Origin: a virus | Length of the DNA: 64,000 bases | Reading direction: 5' to 3' (one strand) | IMG/VR virus record: IMGVR_UViG_3300030106_005057 | Location: 14,995 to 78,994 of that record | Shown: piece by piece, positions 38,155-47,600 of the stretch | Layout of the letters: each line of letters opens with the position of its first letter | Position numbering within the stretch: the stretch's first letter is position 1 | Notes under the pieces: model-generated | What the model was told of the DNA's origin: nothing | What the model saw: the letters and a program-made list of their open reading frames with translations, nothing else | Databases searched by the model: none | Translations under genes and position numbers: made by a program

Positions 38155-38684
38155 TATTTTATCCTCTTCCAATTACAGAACACAAATTCATTGTTTCCAA
38201 ATCCCGCAGGTTGGGGCTCACTTATTCTTTCAAATCTAGCGTCCGAATAGTTCTTTATATCAGTCGATGTCTGAAGCTCCTTGGCCCTCAATAGTTTAGG
38301 GGTGATCTCTTTTTTAGCTATAGTTTGTATTAGTCCATCAGGGACATTGACTGGAGTTTTAACTCCTAAAAAATCTCTATAGTCGTAAACTACAGCCAGA
38401 TTTAAGTCTTCTGTTGTAATAACAGCCTTCTTTCCAGCACCAGAACAAACAGGGCAGATGCCACCATTTCTGAATGGAACAGGGCCTCCTGTGACAAATC
38501 TGTTAGATGATTTTCTTCCTATAGGATCATAAATACAATTAGAGCAGTTGTCATATTTTGTAACACCAAAGTAAAGTGTGCAAGCTACTGTAAGTGCAGA
38601 GTTCTCTAATAGTGAACTTATAGCATTGTTAAACAACTTCTTCATATCGTTTGTTATGATATTTGAAAAATCTGGTACTGACAT
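38154..38684 (-). CDS. head closure protein with Zn-finger
   Basis: CSNC...CPVC; neck position. Confidence 0.5.
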   Translation of the reverse strand: MSVPDFSNIITNDMKKLFNNAISSLLENSALTVACTLYFGVTKYDNCSNCIYDPIGRKSSNRFVTGGPVPFRNGGICPVCSGAGKKAVITTEDLNLAVVYDYRDFLGVKTPVNVPDGLIQTIAKKEITPKLLRAKELQTSTDIKNYSDARFERISEPQPAGFGNNEFVFCNWKRIK

Positions 38685-38693
38685 GGTTGCCTC

Positions 38694-39770
38694 CTAGAAT
38701 TCTGATAAACTAAACGATGAAACGGCTTGGTTAGCCGAGAAGCCCAAAGAAAGCCTGCTGTTAGCTTTCACAGAAGATGTCTTGCAGTGATCGCACTGAT
38801 CTCCACCTATATCCCAAGCGCTATTAGACGCATCTCTGTCATATGAGTCTATATCAAGTTCGACACCATAATCTGTTCCTAGGTCTACTCCCTTTCTTAA
38901 CGCTGGAGCAAGTGCAATTAGATGTAAGTCCTCTGACCCTGCAACAGTTGACACATATAAAAATTCCGGAGACTTAAGGGATAATGAATTAGAGCCTAAC
39001 ACACTACTATCGCTAGATATATTATTACTACTGCTTGAGCCAGACACAGCTCTAAAGCATTGCCCGGCATTAGTTATCGTAGTGTTTCTATATTCTCCCT
39101 GAAAGGCACCCCAAACAGTGTTGCCGCTGGAGTCATATATATTGTGCATAGTTACATTGTATATCTTAGCATCTGCTGTGTTATTAGGATAGATAGCTAT
39201 AACATTAGCCGATAGTCCGCCAGTCTCATATGTTTTTCCGCAATTGAATATAAAGCAGTTCTGTATTCTTGGGCTTCCTCCAAAAATAAGCCTGAAGGCT
39301 TTTGTGGTTAGGGCAGCAGATCTAAAATTATTTATTAAGCACCTTGACATGACTAGGTTTTGATTGTAGTGGCAATGGAAGCCATAAACATGATCATCAT
39401 TGTCATTGTTGAAGTCTGCGAACTCAATGTCCTGTATTCTTACTTTAAATATGCCATGAGTGCCGGAGTCATAGATTATGTTGTAAGGAGCGACGCTGTC
39501 GGGAACTGATCCTGAGTATGTAACCTTCACGCCTGAATCTGGTGTCCCATCATGCTTTTCTGATGCATTAGCCCTTAGCGTCACGGACGATAAACCCCCC
39601 GTTGCAAATGGAGCATCATTAAATGTAAAACTTTCATCATAGGAGTCATCGTATAGCTCGCCTATAACATCATCCCCAGAATCATATGTGCCATCAGACA
39701 AACTTACGATCCAGTTGGCTATAGTGCTATAGTCTTTACCGCTACCAATACTTTTTGTTATTGTAGGCAT
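38694..39770 (-). CDS. parallel beta-helix virion protein B
   Basis: Asn-ladder repeats; C-terminal DLHL...GVDL...DID...R...WDIG; similar to 43229-44641. Confidence 0.65.
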   Translation of the reverse strand: MPTITKSIGSGKDYSTIANWIVSLSDGTYDSGDDVIGELYDDSYDESFTFNDAPFATGGLSSVTLRANASEKHDGTPDSGVKVTYSGSVPDSVAPYNIIYDSGTHGIFKVRIQDIEFADFNNDNDDHVYGFHCHYNQNLVMSRCLINNFRSAALTTKAFRLIFGGSPRIQNCFIFNCGKTYETGGLSANVIAIYPNNTADAKIYNVTMHNIYDSSGNTVWGAFQGEYRNTTITNAGQCFRAVSGSSSSNNISSDSSVLGSNSLSLKSPEFLYVSTVAGSEDLHLIALAPALRKGVDLGTDYGVELDIDSYDRDASNSAWDIGGDQCDHCKTSSVKANSRLSLGFSANQAVSSFSLSEF

Positions 39771-39778
39771 GATTTACC

Positions 39779-40684
39779 CTATAAAGTTATAATACCTGCT
39801 TCAATTTTGTCTATTGTTAAAGAATCTCCAGCGGGTCTCGAATCTACATGTTTCCTTGCATCAACTGAAACTTCTGGATTTCTAATATTATCTATGTCTA
39901 AAGATAAGGCCTCCGAATAGTCCCAATAGGGCACAGTGTACCTTCTTTGGGCAACCAGTATTTTCTTTATAGGCCTATCTTCTGTGGAAAAATTTTCTAT
40001 AATGTCGGGAAGTCTTTCGGTCCCGGAATACACACACTGGCATCGTGCTCTAGCAAAATCTGAGTCTAGCTCATGCAGCTCACAACTACATGTACAATCT
40101 AAGCATGAGTGGTCGTGTTCTTCATGGTGATCCTCTTCTTCACATACATGCTTGCAACAATTTAAAATTAGAAACTTCTTTTTTTCTATCTCGCTAAATT
40201 GCCAAGTAGAATTATTCTGTTTTAGATTGTCTGTATGAGTTTCTATATCATTCCATATTGACTCTAAATCTATACTTGCTCGTGGTGAGCCATACCATAT
40301 CTCGTTACCATTAGACCCAAATACTTTGTGATTCTGATTTGTAAGCCTTCTGGAAATATACGCATGGGCATTGATATATTCTCCTTTTTCATTCGGAGTG
40401 GAACTTAGTATCTCCTCCTCTAGAGTCAGTAAGTTCGTTCTCTTAACGTCTCTACCATTCAGCCTCTCGAACTTATAAGTGTTTTTCTTTTCTAAAAACT
40501 TCATTAGTAAAGAGTTATTTGGCCTAAGTCCACTAACGGTATCTATGTCAAAATTTCTAACATGGCAAATATTATTAGCATTAGATAGTAGTATTCTGTC
40601 TAATGAAAGAGCGTCAACTATGTCTCCATCCTTATAGGATGTTTGAGAATCATCAACTGTCCCAACTTTTATAACAAGTTCCAT
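39779..40684 (-). CDS. His/Cys-rich protein B (paralogue of 42364-43218)
   Basis: SYKDGDIV; CCKHVCEEEDHHEEHDHSCLDCTCSC. Confidence 0.75.
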   Translation of the reverse strand: MELVIKVGTVDDSQTSYKDGDIVDALSLDRILLSNANNICHVRNFDIDTVSGLRPNNSLLMKFLEKKNTYKFERLNGRDVKRTNLLTLEEEILSSTPNEKGEYINAHAYISRRLTNQNHKVFGSNGNEIWYGSPRASIDLESIWNDIETHTDNLKQNNSTWQFSEIEKKKFLILNCCKHVCEEEDHHEEHDHSCLDCTCSCELHELDSDFARARCQCVYSGTERLPDIIENFSTEDRPIKKILVAQRRYTVPYWDYSEALSLDIDNIRNPEVSVDARKHVDSRPAGDSLTIDKIEAGIITL

Positions 40685-40693
40685 GTATCAATC

Positions 40694-40990
40694 CTAAACA
40701 AGCATGTAACTAATTGCAGCTGTAGAACTAGCTGTAATAGCATATATTTTACTTGGTTCTATTACTGGGACAACAACAGCCTCGCCAGCAGCTAGTGGAT
40801 AACCATCAGTATCAGCTGAAGAAGTTCCAGCCGTTACTCCTTTCGGACCAATATACACAGTAACGCTGTTAGTAGTAGAAGCCATTATTTGGACTCCTCT
40901 ACTAGCGTTTAGCTCTCTAGTTGTTATAGGTACTGCAGTCGTACCGATTGAGGTTTTACTGCCTGTACTGAACTCGGGTACTCCGGCCAT
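40694..40990 (-). CDS. small beta-sandwich virion protein
   Basis: GVQIMA...NSVTVYIG...GYPLAAGE pattern. Confidence 0.55.
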   Translation of the reverse strand: MAGVPEFSTGSKTSIGTTAVPITTRELNASRGVQIMASTTNSVTVYIGPKGVTAGTSSADTDGYPLAAGEAVVVPVIEPSKIYAITASSTAAISYMLV

Positions 40991-41008
40991 ACTTGATGCC
41001 CCTTTATA

Positions 41009-41218
41009 TTAAGCACTATAGTAGTTATAATCGTCAAATCTGTCTTTGTACTTAGTAAAAACAGTTCCGGTCGTTGGAAGAGCACTAACATAGGTGTCGA
41101 TAGTATAATCGCTACCTAGAACTCCACTTCCAGCACCTAGTGGCCCTTGGCCTACTATTGTACCGTTCTTAACATCTGTACCTGAACCTTGAGGTTGAGA
41201 TATTACGTCATTAGCCAT
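41009..41218 (-). CDS. small virion protein
   Basis: ORF preceded by AGGAG RBS. Confidence 0.55.
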   Translation of the reverse strand: MANDVISQPQGSGTDVKNGTIVGQGPLGAGSGVLGSDYTIDTYVSALPTTGTVFTKYKDRFDDYNYYSA

Positions 41219-41241
41219 TTCTTAGCTCCTTGTTAAAAAAA

Positions 41242-41775
41242 TTATGTCGCTTGATTGTCAGTTTCGCGCGTGTTACCTTCGTCTGCAGTGGGGAAGAAGT
41301 CGTTTGATACAAAAGGACTCATTACCGCCCTTATAACTTGAGCACCTTTGTAACCAAAATTATATACTTTTTTAAGCTCTTCAAACGCCTTGCATGGGCC
41401 TTCATTCAGCAGTATCGAAAGTTGAGCGCCATAACCTGCAGTTTGTAATGACGCTGGGCCTAGCCTAGCTGTAACACCTTGCAGTAACGCTGCATTTCTG
41501 AAAGCTCCTTCATCCGCTAGGCAAGCTGCCTTTAATACCATAAAGGATATAAATTCCTTACCATCATCATCTTTGGTTGTAGGGTCAGGAGTTATAGTGT
41601 ATGCTGAGACATCTATTACATAATCATTAATAAAATTAATGTCAATAGGCAAAAAGTACGCGCTAGTTATAAGTAAGTCTTCTAGACGTTGAGTGGAATA
41701 TGTGTTGCTACCAGAACATCCTGCATCATTCAGCATTGTTCTTAACATTATTAAACTTGTATTTTGCCAGCTCAT
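41242..41775 (-). CDS. head-tail adaptor
   Basis: LRTMLND...YSTQRLEDLL, typical of gp15/gp6-like adaptors. Confidence 0.6.
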   Translation of the reverse strand: MSWQNTSLIMLRTMLNDAGCSGSNTYSTQRLEDLLITSAYFLPIDINFINDYVIDVSAYTITPDPTTKDDDGKEFISFMVLKAACLADEGAFRNAALLQGVTARLGPASLQTAGYGAQLSILLNEGPCKAFEELKKVYNFGYKGAQVIRAVMSPFVSNDFFPTADEGNTRETDNQAT

Positions 41776-41776
41776 A

Positions 41777-42103
41777 TTATCGGTCCGTTACAAAAAGTAT
41801 GCCATCTCCTTCTAGAGTGGCGGAATCAGATGTCACTACAATTGCCTCTATTTTATATGTATTGCCAGTTGTGCCTCCAGAGACCCAAAAGGTTATCATA
41901 CTATTTTTACTGCTAACAGGAGAGCTTGCTACCTGTATGGTCTGTATAGTTAAATCACTAGTACTACCGTCTATTTTTTCAGCTGTGACGCTTGTTACTG
42001 ATGAAAGCGTCTCGCTAGTAGCTAGCAAATTGTTAAACTCTATTGAAAACTTTCTTTGTTCAGCAGGCTGCTTACAAAGTCTTTCATTAGCTATAACGCC
42101 CAT
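41777..42103 (-). CDS. small Ig-like virion protein
   Basis: KQPAE...WVSGGTTGNTYKI. Confidence 0.55.
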   Translation of the reverse strand: MGVIANERLCKQPAEQRKFSIEFNNLLATSETLSSVTSVTAEKIDGSTSDLTIQTIQVASSPVSSKNSMITFWVSGGTTGNTYKIEAIVVTSDSATLEGDGILFVTDR

Positions 42104-42138
42104 TTTTTTTCTCCTATAATAAGTGTTCTACCTTAGAA

Positions 42139-42145
42139 TACACCA
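42139..42145 (-). promoter_or_regulatory. candidate late-promoter motif TGGTGTA
   Basis: Intergenic TGGTGTATTCTAAG upstream of 42103. Confidence 0.45.
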
Positions 42146-42155
42146 ACAATACCAA

Positions 42156-42350
42156 CTACGAAGGTAGCGTCCAAGTATCTTCTCTTGAAGACAATGTGGC
42201 GTCTACTTTGCAGACAGGTATTGTCCAGCTTGTTGTTCTTTCTGGAACAGTCCAAGTTTTCACTTTTGAGTCCCTCTTAATTACAGTAGGGACAATAGTA
42301 TCTTTTATGTCTGATATTGGAAATGTCGATATAGGATGAAAGCCTAGCAT
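42156..42350 (-). CDS. small virion protein
   Basis: MLGFHPISTFPIS N-terminus; WT(V/I/L)P repeats. Confidence 0.55.
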   Translation of the reverse strand: MLGFHPISTFPISDIKDTIVPTVIKRDSKVKTWTVPERTTSWTIPVCKVDATLSSREDTWTLPS

Positions 42351-42363
42351 ATTAATATCTCCT

Positions 42364-43218
42364 TTATGGCTCTACTATGATTCCGGCATGAACCTTATCA
42401 AGTGATAATACTTCGTGCGAAGGTCTAAGGTCAAGTTGTTTTCTTAAATCTACTACTTTATTAATATTTCTAACATCATCCACATTTATAGACAATGTTG
42501 ATGAGAGATCCCAATAAGGAACCTGATGTCTACGTTTTGCTATTAATTCGTTAATACTATTATATACTCCGGCAGTCGCATCAGCTGCATCTTGTCTTGA
42601 GCATTCTGAAAGATCACAAGAACATGAACAGGTCAAGCAAGCCGCATCATTATGGTCGTGCTCATGTTCATGCTCTTCACAAGTATGTTTGCAACAGTTG
42701 ATTGATAGGAACTCTCTCTGTTCTATCTCACTAAGAGGCCAAAAAATATGATCTGATTTGAGGTAGTCCGTATGGGTCTCAATATCATTCCAAATAGAGT
42801 CTATGTCAATATCTCTTCTTCTCAATCCATACCATATCTCAGATCCTCTAGAGCCAAAAACACAATGTCTCGGATTTTGTAGCTTTCTGGATAAAAAATG
42901 ATAGATGTTAATATATTCTCCATTTTCGTTAGGAACGCTACTTATTATATCTTGCTCTCCTGTTATCAAATTTGTTCTGGAAACATCATTTGAATTTAAC
43001 CTCTGAAATTTATAAGTATTTGTCTTCTCCTTAAACTTCATGATAAGAGAGTTATTTGGTCTTAAGCCAGTAACTGTATCAAGAGGAAAGTGCCTAAGAT
43101 GACACTTATTCTGTGCATGACACATATAGATGCTTTCCATTGAAAAAGCTGCGACTATATCTCCATCTTGGTACGAAGACTGATTAGAAGAAGAGTTCAC
43201 TCTTAATATTAATTCCAC
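42364..43218 (-). CDS. His/Cys-rich protein A
   Basis: SYQDGDIV; CCKHTCEEHEHEHDHNDAACLTCSCSC. Confidence 0.75.
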   Translation of the reverse strand: MELILRVNSSSNQSSYQDGDIVAAFSMESIYMCHAQNKCHLRHFPLDTVTGLRPNNSLIMKFKEKTNTYKFQRLNSNDVSRTNLITGEQDIISSVPNENGEYINIYHFLSRKLQNPRHCVFGSRGSEIWYGLRRRDIDIDSIWNDIETHTDYLKSDHIFWPLSEIEQREFLSINCCKHTCEEHEHEHDHNDAACLTCSCSCDLSECSRQDAADATAGVYNSINELIAKRRHQVPYWDLSSTLSINVDDVRNINKVVDLRKQLDLRPSHEVLSLDKVHAGIIVEP

Positions 43219-43228
43219 TTATTAACTC

Positions 43229-44641
43229 CTAGTCTAAAAACATAAAAAATGCAGGATTTCCAGCACCAGCTCTACTTGACTGTCTAGCTCCCATGTCCCA
43301 CTCAACGCCTCCAGCATCTCTATCAAATCCAGACGCATCTATATTGACGCCATGAAAAGTTCCTAAGTCTTCTCCAACTTCACGAGCAGTAGAATCATCA
43401 AGAAGGAATAGGTCAACAGCTCCTGCTGTAGTGCTGAGGAATTTTATTTGAGTTGACTCATTTTGATCTATTAAGGAATTTGCACCTGTCGGCTCATAAG
43501 TACTCAGCGCTGTTGTATCACTCATATTGAAGTCTTGAAGCGAGAAAGAATTAGTGCCGGAGTTACTGAACCAGAAATGCCTTGGATTGTTAACCAAGTT
43601 ACATACTATGTTATTTTTTACATAAGCCTTACTTGTACTGAGTTGAGTACCCCACCTTACGCCTTGGCACTGTTTTGAGCCTCCATTAGCAGTCAATCTG
43701 TAAACAGTATTATTATATATATAGCCCGTTCCGTCATTCTGATTTAGATTGAAGGCTACAACTTGGTCATTGTTAGTTTCTTTTAGATCATGGACTATGT
43801 TATTAGCAATGACATAGACAGTTTTATCTGATGTAACATTAGTATGAATATTTATGAAGTTGTCACCTCCTACACTTCCATTGTATCCTTGCATCAGATT
43901 GTTTCTAATAATTCCTGTAGGTGGACTATTAGCGTAGAAGCCTATTGATCCAGCCACTCTGTCGTTGCCATTTGTCTGGGAAAAATCATATTGTGCCCAT
44001 TCACATGTCATAGGGCAATCATCCTGATTTATCTGGATTACATGTGGTTGACCACCACTGACACTTACATTAGGTGGTAAGAATGTAGCAACGGCATCAA
44101 AATCAGTGCTCTCTGCTCCGCTATGTCTTGAGTTTTCATCTACTGTGAGTGTAATAGAACTAAGAGACTGAACCTGATCAAATACTATATGCTGGTCTTC
44201 AAACTCTGAGTCCGCTACCATTGATCCAGTAACGTGTGAAGTGCTAGCCCAAAAGCCGTGGCTAACGCTAGAATCATCTATCTTTTGCTCAAACAGGCCA
44301 ACAGTACTAAAGCACCTCTTGAAGTTCATCGTTGCCTGAACAGGTGAACCACTACTACCGCCTCCAGTATAAAGACCTACTGGAGAATGGTCTCCCTTTC
44401 CTCCTGTGTCGGAGCAGTACTTAAGCGTTATGTTTGCTCCGCTTATATTAGTAACAAGAAATGTGTATGTAGACGCATTTCCTCCCCCAGCATCCTGAGT
44501 TGACATAACCCCAATATCGCCTATCACAATCCCTGTTGGAGTTGTTCCAAAGGTTACAGTATATGATGGTCCGCTTCCAGAAGTTGTAGCTGGTGTCTCA
44601 GTATCTATATTCTGGTTTGAACCTATGCTTACTATAGACAT
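43229..44641 (-). CDS. parallel beta-helix virion protein A
   Basis: IRNNL/IANNI/IYNNT/VKNNI repeats; GEDL...DAS...R...WDMGA. Confidence 0.7.
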   Translation of the reverse strand: MSIVSIGSNQNIDTETPATTSGSGPSYTVTFGTTPTGIVIGDIGVMSTQDAGGGNASTYTFLVTNISGANITLKYCSDTGGKGDHSPVGLYTGGGSSGSPVQATMNFKRCFSTVGLFEQKIDDSSVSHGFWASTSHVTGSMVADSEFEDQHIVFDQVQSLSSITLTVDENSRHSGAESTDFDAVATFLPPNVSVSGGQPHVIQINQDDCPMTCEWAQYDFSQTNGNDRVAGSIGFYANSPPTGIIRNNLMQGYNGSVGGDNFINIHTNVTSDKTVYVIANNIVHDLKETNNDQVVAFNLNQNDGTGYIYNNTVYRLTANGGSKQCQGVRWGTQLSTSKAYVKNNIVCNLVNNPRHFWFSNSGTNSFSLQDFNMSDTTALSTYEPTGANSLIDQNESTQIKFLSTTAGAVDLFLLDDSTAREVGEDLGTFHGVNIDASGFDRDAGGVEWDMGARQSSRAGAGNPAFFMFLD

Positions 44642-47600
44642 TTACACCCCACTTATATTCTGAGCTATAATAAATCCTTCATAGTGTCCGGCCCTTAAAC
44701 ACAAGAATCCAAAGACATCTACAAATCCAGCTGTAGAGGTTAGGGTTGGGGCGGTTTGACTGGGCCATTCAGTTGCCCCATCTCCGAACCAACCTGTAGT
44801 GTGGACAGTGGATGACCCTCCATTTTCAAGCCTTACCATGAACCTTTGCCCCGCAGTAGGGTTAGTCGCGTTGAACGTGTACTCAGTACTTGCGGACATC
44901 GTATGTGTGAATACTGACGCAGTAGCCAGATCAAAGGTCTGCGGAGATCCGCCCGTACCTGACTTCATAGGTGTTCTTACGCCTGATGCATCCAACATAC
45001 CTATTGTGATATTGTTTGTCGTTGTTGCACCATTGTCAGTTATGCAGTCTAAGTTGACCGTGTTTCCGAGATCATCGCATGTTATAGACCCATTGACAAT
45101 CATCGTACTGTCTATACCAGTTATATCTATCGTCTTGGTAGTTCCGAGGTCTATCTCTCCACCATTGCCAAGTCCGGTTCCGGCAGTCACAGTAACAGAG
45201 TCGTGCACTAAATCGACATTCGCCACAGTACCATCAACAATCATCGTACTGTCTATACCAGTTATATCTATCGTCTTGGCAGTTCCGAGGTCTATCTCTC
45301 CACCATTGCCAAGTCCGGTTCCGGCAGTTACAGTAACAGAGTCGTGCACTAAATCGACATTCGCCACACTGCCATTAACAATCATAGAACTGTCTATACC
45401 GCTAACGTCTACTCTGACGCTTGAACCAAGAACTACAGCTCCTCCATTGTGGAGTCCTGTGCCGGCAGTAATAGTGATGCCATCATTGATAAGGTCTTCG
45501 TTTGCTATAGAGTTATTTACGATCATGGTACCGTCGATACCACTTACGTTTATAGTAATCGCATCACCAAGATCAACCTCACCGCCGCCGTTGAGACCGT
45601 TTCCAGCATTAACCGTAACAGAATCGTTGACCAAATCGACATTCGCCACAGTGCCGTCAACAATCATAGTGCTATCTATGCCACTTATGCCTAATGTAAA
45701 TGAATTATTAGCGCCAGCGTCAATGCCTGCTAACCCTGTTCCCGCAACAAAGTTCCTCTCGTGACTTAAGTCTGGACTAAGTTCGAGCACTAAGTAAGAA
45801 CCAGTCTTTGGAGCCTTTGCATCTATGTCTGTTCTTAAAATCCCAGATATATCATAAACAGCGTTTGGAGTAATTGCCTTATCCGTTACTCCATCCTCAG
45901 CAGAGTCCTGAAGCATGACGATACCTGTAGCACTAGTAGAGCCTAGTATGCATCCTATCTCTCCAGTTCCGCCTAACTCTATCTCTCCTCCTCCGGTTAT
46001 ACCATTTGCTCCGGTTATCGTTATACTGTCATTGACTAGATCTGCATTCGTGACAGTCCCATTTACTATCATTCCTCCGTCTATGCCTGTAACACTTATT
46101 ACTCTACTGCCATTTATACCGATACCTTGTCCGGCTGAGTACTCCTTACCAGATATTTTGATAGTACTTGAACTATCTCCGACAGTGAAAATACCAGTTA
46201 CTATGCCTTTCCCTTCTATCGTCACTGTATCATGTTTGTTGATCTCAGTTGACGCTCCTTCACTCGAAAGTGTCCAGTAGTCAAAACCACTAGTAGCTAT
46301 CTGATCATCTACATACTGCCTTACTCCAGAGGGTGTGGCTGCAGTGTCTGGAGATGCTCCACTTATATCATGATCAAGAAGAACTATACCACTTTGAGAT
46401 GTTGTTCCAGCCTTAACATTTATGATTCTTTCTGAATCTGCTATAGTATGCACTCCGGTGCCCGCAGTGTAACGAAGCCCAGATATTGTGATCGTGCTTA
46501 CGTCATCAGCGAACTCACCTACACCGCTAACAATTCCTACTCCTTTTATATTGAGCCTGTCATGTTTATTTATTTGTGTTGTTGACAGTCCATCGCTTGC
46601 TGTCCAATATTGGTATCCGCTAGCTTCGAGGTGTCCTGTCACAAATTTTTTCACCCCAGAAGGAGTAGCCGCAGTTGTAGCAGAGCCTCCACTTATATTG
46701 TGGTCAAGTTTTACAACACCTGTGATAGTATCTGTCGCTTCAAAACCACTGACAGTATACTCTACTCCTCCACTTTTACCACTAGCTGTAACAGTAAGAC
46801 CCATAAGCCCACGAATATCTATATAATCGTTGTTCTCTATTCGTTGATTTACGGCCCCGCCTCCTGTATTGACCCCTTTAGCATAGAAGCCATCGTAGAA
46901 GTCACCAACTCCGGAAATGGTGACTATAGGATCATCACCTGTAGTCATGGCAACAACATTATTGCCCGCGCCTGTAATAGTTACAGCATAACCGTTCTGT
47001 ATGTTTGCGGTCTTCCCGTCAGCTTGCAATATCCAATGGGTATAGGCATCTTCTCCGCCGCCTCCCCCAGTTATCCCAGAGCCAGTTATAGCTATAGTAA
47101 ACGTACAGTCTGACCTAGTGACTGTTAGCTGTCCTCCACTACCTACTATGTTTATGTCTGAGCAGCTTATTCCGCTTCCACCGCCTCCGCTAGCACCAGC
47201 AGCATCAATAGTTATAATATTAGCGCTTCGTGTAACGCTAGCTCCATTTACACCCTTGAATGTTACTGTCTCTCCACTATCAATGTCTGTTGAAGATCCT
47301 CCGAATGCCGCTAATTTCCAATTATCATAATTGCCACTTCCCCCTGCTCCTGTAACTCCTGAATACCCTAGTCCAGTTATATGCCCATAAGCATCTAGTT
47401 CTACTCTAGATATGAAGTTATTTGGTGTTAAGTTAAGACCAAAATTACCTAATACTCCTGTATTGTGAGAAACTGTGAACTGATTTGGTTCTGAACCCGT
47501 TCCAGAGCTGAAAGTGACTCCTACTCCGCTTGTGCCTGAAACCGATAATACATCAGATGATTCTATAACTGAACCACTGCGAGAACCTGTTGTGTTTATA

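Noticed and set aside
44642-44650. GGTGTA at the fibre stop as another late promoter
   Set aside because: It is the Gly-Val-stop codons directly abutting the next ATG and lacks the AT-rich tract
45096-45380. Near-identical repeats as a DGR template/variable pair
   Set aside because: They are tandem and in-frame within one gene, the few mismatches are not confined to adenines of one copy, and no reverse transcriptase is present
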